Shown here: positions 60,101 through 64,000 of the stretch, one piece after another
How positions within the stretch are numbered: the stretch's first letter is position 1
How the letters are laid out: each line of letters opens with the position of its first letter
Assembly (NCBI GenBank): GCA_964447765.1
Contig: CAYUTO010000001.1
Coordinates: 28,110 to 92,109 of the forward strand
Length of the DNA: 64,000 nt
Direction of reading: 5' to 3'
From: an uncultured Gammaproteobacteria bacterium
Lineage (GTDB): Bacteria > Patescibacteriota > Patescibacteriia > Magasanikbacterales > UBA922
Position numbers and translations under genes: made by a program
Notes under the pieces: generated by a model
Seen by the model: the letters and a program-made list of their open reading frames with translations, nothing else
Databases searched by the model: none
Told to the model about the DNA's origin: nothing

Positions 60101-61033
60101 TTAGAGTACTGGTTTTACAGGTGATGGAACCACAGTTCCATCAGTATTTCTTTCAGGTGAAATCAATGAAAAACACTGTCTGCCTACCTCGTGTTCATAG
60201 GCGAACATATCTGATCCATGAGGAACATTAGTGTCCGTGCTCGCCATCTCGAAGGTTGCACACAAATCGTATGTTCGGTCTCCGGTTACGATGTATTCAT
60301 ATGATTCTCCTGTCTCCGGATCACGAAGTTCAGATCCATAATAAGGTGCACGAGTAATCTCTTCAAGAGAATTTGGTAAGTTACCAACTTGGCTGTAATA
60401 CTCATCTATTGAATATTTCAAACTTTGAAGATGTTCTGAGCGCATGCCATCAAAACGTAGAATCCTCTGTTTTGCTGGACTACCGATGAGGAAGAAAGCT
60501 CCGACTACAAATACCACTACCAATCCGATAGCGCCGTATCTGAATAAGTTCCGTCTTCCTTTGGTAAGTGCATCGCGGATATCATAGAGATAGTATGCAA
60601 AAATCATAGCTGCAACCAAGAGGACTGATAGTGCTTTGAGGAAGAATCGAATAGTAAGTTCTCCTGAAAGGAAGCTGTTGAGAATTGAAATGAGAGATCC
60701 AATAATCATGAATGTTGCAACAAACAGAGTTAGATATACGAGCCATTTTCGAACACCTACTGTTTTTAGTTCAGGATTTTTTGTATACCCTTTTTGTAAA
60801 TACCATGCAGACCAGATGTACACCGGGAATACAACTACGAGTGTTGCGATTGCAAAACGAAGAGGTCCATTACTCATGTCGTAGTAATAGTAGTCTGGAA
60901 GAAGCGCATCTGGGAAAAACCGGTTTACGTATTGGAACAGAAGTGTGATAAATGCGGTCGCACTCATGTAGAGTGTGACGATTGAAAGCAAATGAAGAAA
61001 AGTGTCACGTGCTGCTGATTTGTGCTCTGCCAT
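60101..61033 (-). CDS. Hypothetical polytopic membrane protein with C-terminal soluble domain
   Basis: 310 aa, about 6 TM helices; overlaps the operon of the helicase-nuclease. Confidence 0.45.
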   Translation of the reverse strand: MAEHKSAARDTFLHLLSIVTLYMSATAFITLLFQYVNRFFPDALLPDYYYYDMSNGPLRFAIATLVVVFPVYIWSAWYLQKGYTKNPELKTVGVRKWLVYLTLFVATFMIIGSLISILNSFLSGELTIRFFLKALSVLLVAAMIFAYYLYDIRDALTKGRRNLFRYGAIGLVVVFVVGAFFLIGSPAKQRILRFDGMRSEHLQSLKYSIDEYYSQVGNLPNSLEEITRAPYYGSELRDPETGESYEYIVTGDRTYDLCATFEMASTDTNVPHGSDMFAYEHEVGRQCFSLISPERNTDGTVVPSPVKPVL

Positions 61034-61165
61034 AGGAGGATATTTAGGTTAAATTAGCGAAATAAGCGGAGTAAGACGAGCTCTTCAATCCAAGCAACTT
61101 TGGAGCTATAAGTATATACGGTTTCATGTATATAGAGTAACAGATTGCGTGCATAGAGGCAATAT

Positions 61166-61195
61166 TGACAAAAAGCCTTTCATAAGGTATATTTT
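61166..61195 (+). promoter_or_regulatory. Consensus promoter TTGACA-17 nt-TATATT upstream of cassette G
   Basis: Read directly from the sequence. Confidence 0.45.
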
Positions 61196-61252
61196 TTGGT
61201 CAGGTTTTGCAGCACTGGCACAGTTCTTTTCTCGGCTGCATGAGAGTGTCTA

Positions 61253-61606
61253 ATGAAGATTCGTATCAAGAGAGATCCTCGGAACCCGGGTGAAGGTGAA
61301 ATCACTGCTGCGTTTCTGCTCGCGCAGAGGCCGGGCAGTTTCTTTCTCCCGTTCGTGATGGAGGACGGCACAGTGATCGAGCTCAGCGTGGACGAGCTCA
61401 GCTACGAGTCAGGTCAGTCTGGTATGTTCATCCTGGGTGGTCGGATCAAGGGCGGTCCCCGGTACGCCGGTTTCTATAACGCCGCGAATCATGGACCTGG
61501 CTACCCTGACACCGAGCAGGTCAACCTCTTCGGCCAGCCGCGCGAGAAGGTGTTCGGACCGATAACGACCGTCGATGAGGGTACGCTCGGCGCTCGCCCG
61601 CGGTAG
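61253..61606 (+). CDS. Hypothetical protein, GC-rich cassette G (about 60% GC)
   Basis: 117-aa Gly/Pro-rich ORF, followed by a perfect 13-bp stem terminator GTTCGCACCCATC...GATGGGTGCGAAC at 61617-61659. Confidence 0.45.
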   Translation: MKIRIKRDPRNPGEGEITAAFLLAQRPGSFFLPFVMEDGTVIELSVDELSYESGQSGMFILGGRIKGGPRYAGFYNAANHGPGYPDTEQVNLFGQPREKVFGPITTVDEGTLGARPR

Positions 61607-61687
61607 ACACTACACTGTTCGCACCCATCTTTCGCAGAACGCGATTGATGGGTGCGAACGTTTCAATTCCTTACCAAGGGAATTTTT

Positions 61688-63463
61688 TTATTCAATAAAT
61701 CCACCAACTTGCGTGCCCCAGAGCTCCTGATATATTCCAGTTTTTTTAGTTACTAATGCTTTGTGAGTACCTTGTTCGACTATTTTTCCTTTATCTACCA
61801 CGATAATTCTATCCATGTGCATAATAGTCGAGAGTCGGTGTGCGATTGCGATTACGGTTCTTCCTTTTACTAATTCATGTAATGCCTCCTGAATCATTCG
61901 TTCTGATTCTGAATCAAGACTTGAAGTAGCTTCATCGAGGACGAGAATCGGAGCGTCTTTCAACATTGCGCGTGCCATAGCGATACGCTGACGTTCCCCA
62001 CCAGATAATTTTACCCCGCGCTCCCCTACCATGGTGTCATATCCTTCTGGAAACGACGTAATAAACTCATGACATTGCGCACGCTTGGACGCAATAATCA
62101 TTTCTTTCTCAGTAGCATCAGGTCTTCCATACATAATATTCTCTCTCACACTTCGGTGGAATAACACAGGGTCTTGTGGTACATACGCAATTGCATGCCA
62201 GAGACTTTCCTGCGTTACTTCTGTAATCGGAGTATTATCAATTTTGATCGCACCTTTTGAAACATCATAGTAGCGAAGTAGTAGTTTTACGATAGTTGAC
62301 TTCCCTGCTCCCGAGTGACCAACGAGTGCAATTTTTTCTCCAGGACGTATCACCAGTGAGAAGTCACTGAGTAATGCTTTTTTAGTATTATATTTGAATG
62401 TTACTCGTTCAAACTTAATACCACCTTTTGAAACTTCGAGATTGATTGCATCTTTTTTATCGGTAATTCCATGGGGTGTGTAGTAAATAGCAGCAAATTC
62501 TTTTGCATCTGCAAAATGTTCGTATACGTCACGAAAACTGCGTGCAAAATTCCAAACACGGTTGAAGACTGCGATAGAGTATCCATTTATCAGAACCAAA
62601 TCTCCAATAGTCAGTGTTCCTGCACGCCAAAATTGCAACGCAAGGTACAGGAGTACGATTTCAAATATAGTCATGAGCGCACCTTGTAGTCCATCAAGCT
62701 TAATCGTGAGTACACGTGAGAAGAAACGTCGTGATCGTACTTCCTCTGATACGGTGTCAAAATTCTTTTCTTCTTTGAGGTATGATGAAAATAATTTTAC
62801 ATTCGGATAATTGGTGACAATATCAGCCAATACTCCCGTTTGTTTACTTTCAGCCTCACTTCTGAGCGCATCAAATTTGAGTTTATAGAGACTTGTATAG
62901 TATGTTGCTGTTAAATATAGAATCAACCACCCGAACAGCAGAAGTCCAAATATATAATTGGTCATGAACAATACTACTCCGATCGATATGATTAAAAATC
63001 CTGAGCCGAATAGTGTGTATTGAAGAAAATCGATCATGATTACGGTAAATGCACTTTCGAATTTTCGCATGTCTGAGATAAGCGAACCAATATACTTGTT
63101 TTCAAAAAAATTAAACGAATGACGAAGAGTAGTTTTCAACATTTCGTTATATAATTTTTTTCGTACGTGCATCTCTGCTCGTGCACGAAAGTAGTGGTGT
63201 AGTCTATCTGATATCCAAATAATGCCCAGCAGTCCTAAAATCAAAAACACCGCCTGCAATGCTTCGCTATACGCCATTTCTTTTGTGAAATTTTCATTCG
63301 TCAGCGCATCAATCAATAGTTTGTAGAAATATGGGTATCCGAGATCCCCCGCATTCCACAATACAATAAATATGAGAGAAACAAGAAAAGACCATTTGAA
63401 TGGACGTAAATATTTCCAAAATAACTGGAGTACTTGTTTATTAGTAACTTCGGATGGTTTCAT
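61688..63463 (-). CDS. ABC exporter, fused permease-ATPase (MsbA/MdlB-like)
   Basis: Six N-terminal TM helices, then Walker A GHSGAGKST, signature LSGGERQR and Walker B ILVLDEATS. Confidence 0.85.
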   Translation of the reverse strand: MKPSEVTNKQVLQLFWKYLRPFKWSFLVSLIFIVLWNAGDLGYPYFYKLLIDALTNENFTKEMAYSEALQAVFLILGLLGIIWISDRLHHYFRARAEMHVRKKLYNEMLKTTLRHSFNFFENKYIGSLISDMRKFESAFTVIMIDFLQYTLFGSGFLIISIGVVLFMTNYIFGLLLFGWLILYLTATYYTSLYKLKFDALRSEAESKQTGVLADIVTNYPNVKLFSSYLKEEKNFDTVSEEVRSRRFFSRVLTIKLDGLQGALMTIFEIVLLYLALQFWRAGTLTIGDLVLINGYSIAVFNRVWNFARSFRDVYEHFADAKEFAAIYYTPHGITDKKDAINLEVSKGGIKFERVTFKYNTKKALLSDFSLVIRPGEKIALVGHSGAGKSTIVKLLLRYYDVSKGAIKIDNTPITEVTQESLWHAIAYVPQDPVLFHRSVRENIMYGRPDATEKEMIIASKRAQCHEFITSFPEGYDTMVGERGVKLSGGERQRIAMARAMLKDAPILVLDEATSSLDSESERMIQEALHELVKGRTVIAIAHRLSTIMHMDRIIVVDKGKIVEQGTHKALVTKKTGIYQELWGTQVGGFIE

Positions 63464-63482
63464 AATGAAGATAATTATATCA

Positions 63483-63510
63483 TAAAACTCCCCAATTTGG
63501 GGAGTTTTAT
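63483..63510. terminator. Bidirectional terminator ATAAAACTCCCC-aattt-GGGGAGTTTTAT
   Basis: Perfect 12-bp stem. Confidence 0.7.
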
Positions 63511-63525
63511 GATTTCTTGGATACG

Positions 63526-63711
63526 TTACTTTTTTGAAATACTATCTATCTTTTCAGATAAACTGTTTACTTTTGACTGGATTTCATTCAGAGAGCTTAC
63601 TGTTTTGTTTGAATTTTTAACTAATTTTACAATCGCATATATTACTCCAATAAAGATTGCAAAATTTAGTATTTGTCCAAGTGCAAATCCAATTGATATT
63701 GCTGGTTCCAT
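63526..63711 (-). CDS. Hypothetical small single-TM protein
   Basis: 61 aa with an N-terminal hydrophobic helix and a charged tail; it lies 2 nt downstream of the atpC-like gene. Confidence 0.35.
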   Translation of the reverse strand: MEPAISIGFALGQILNFAIFIGVIYAIVKLVKNSNKTVSSLNEIQSKVNSLSEKIDSISKK

Positions 63712-63713
63712 AG

Positions 63714-64000
63714 TTATCTGGTTGGCCTATATTTCTTTGCAATACGCAATCGATTCATTTCTTTTTCAAGAGAAGCTTGGATGCGTGTGAAGTCTACGTC
63801 TGCAGCTTTTTCTTCTGCTGCAAGTAATTCTTCGGCACGTTTTCGTCCTGCTTCAGCACGCTCAAGATCAATTTCTTCTACTCGCTCAGCGCTATCTGCC
63901 AATATATATACGGTATTGTCTTTTCGAATTTCAGCTACTCCACCGGATACTGCAATAGGAACTTCGTGATCTTTTTTGTATACAATCAACTCCCCTGCAT
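63714..64000 (-). CDS. atpC: F0F1 ATP synthase epsilon subunit (5' end/N-terminus beyond the window; the C-terminal part and stop codon lie inside it)
   Basis: C-terminal helical hairpin IDLERAEAGRKRAEELLAA and beta-sandwich segment (VSGGVAEI) typical of epsilon. The frame probably continues past 64000. Confidence 0.55.
   Translation of the reverse strand, partial: AGELIVYKKDHEVPIAVSGGVAEIRKDNTVYILADSAERVEEIDLERAEAGRKRAEELLAAEEKAADVDFTRIQASLEKEMNRLRIAKKYRPTR

Noticed and set aside
63526-63711. Calling the 61-aa ORF an ATP synthase subunit
   Set aside because: It is adjacent to the atpC-like gene but has no recognisable F0 subunit features, so it is kept as a hypothetical membrane peptide.
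1-64000. CRISPR arrays, rRNA and tRNA genes
   Set aside because: No regularly spaced direct repeats and no tRNA-like T-arm or anticodon-arm candidates (GTTCGAATCC-like) were found by eye. A tRNAscan or CRISPR finder should confirm.

Overview
This is an AT-rich, gene-dense bacterial chromosomal window dominated by housekeeping genes. Several traits resemble a small-genome, possibly CPR/Patescibacteria-like organism, but that is inference from gene content (short ProRS without editing domain, membrane-anchored MurF, RdgB-Nudix fusion, Firmicutes-type LexA boxes). Recognisable blocks are a dnaG-rpoD operon, a SUF Fe-S cluster (iscR-like, nifS/iscS, sufB, sufD, sufS, sufU, sufC, sufT), five aminoacyl-tRNA synthetases, cell-wall and division clusters (murE, ftsQ-femAB-degT-murF, mreBCD-pbp2), clpB, greA, fmt, sodA, an AddA-like helicase-nuclease and an ABC exporter. 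No rRNA, tRNA or CRISPR array was recognised.

The main unexplained signal is a set of about seven small GC-rich (roughly 50-60% GC against ~35-40% background) promoter-ORF-terminator cassettes. Each encodes a small protein with no recognisable family and sits in an intergenic site; one splits sufB from sufD. Others of note: an SOS module (two Cheo-type LexA boxes - lexA - Cas2/VapD-fold small protein) flanked by one of these cassettes and an adjacent very AT-rich island of membrane/secreted proteins, a circularly permuted DsbA-like oxidoreductase, a ~600-bp GC-rich non-coding block with two promoter/terminator-bounded candidate ncRNAs, a 120-nt composite palindrome after sufT, a translin homologue, and conjugation-flavoured genes (TraX; VirD4/DUF87-like ATPase cut by the window start).
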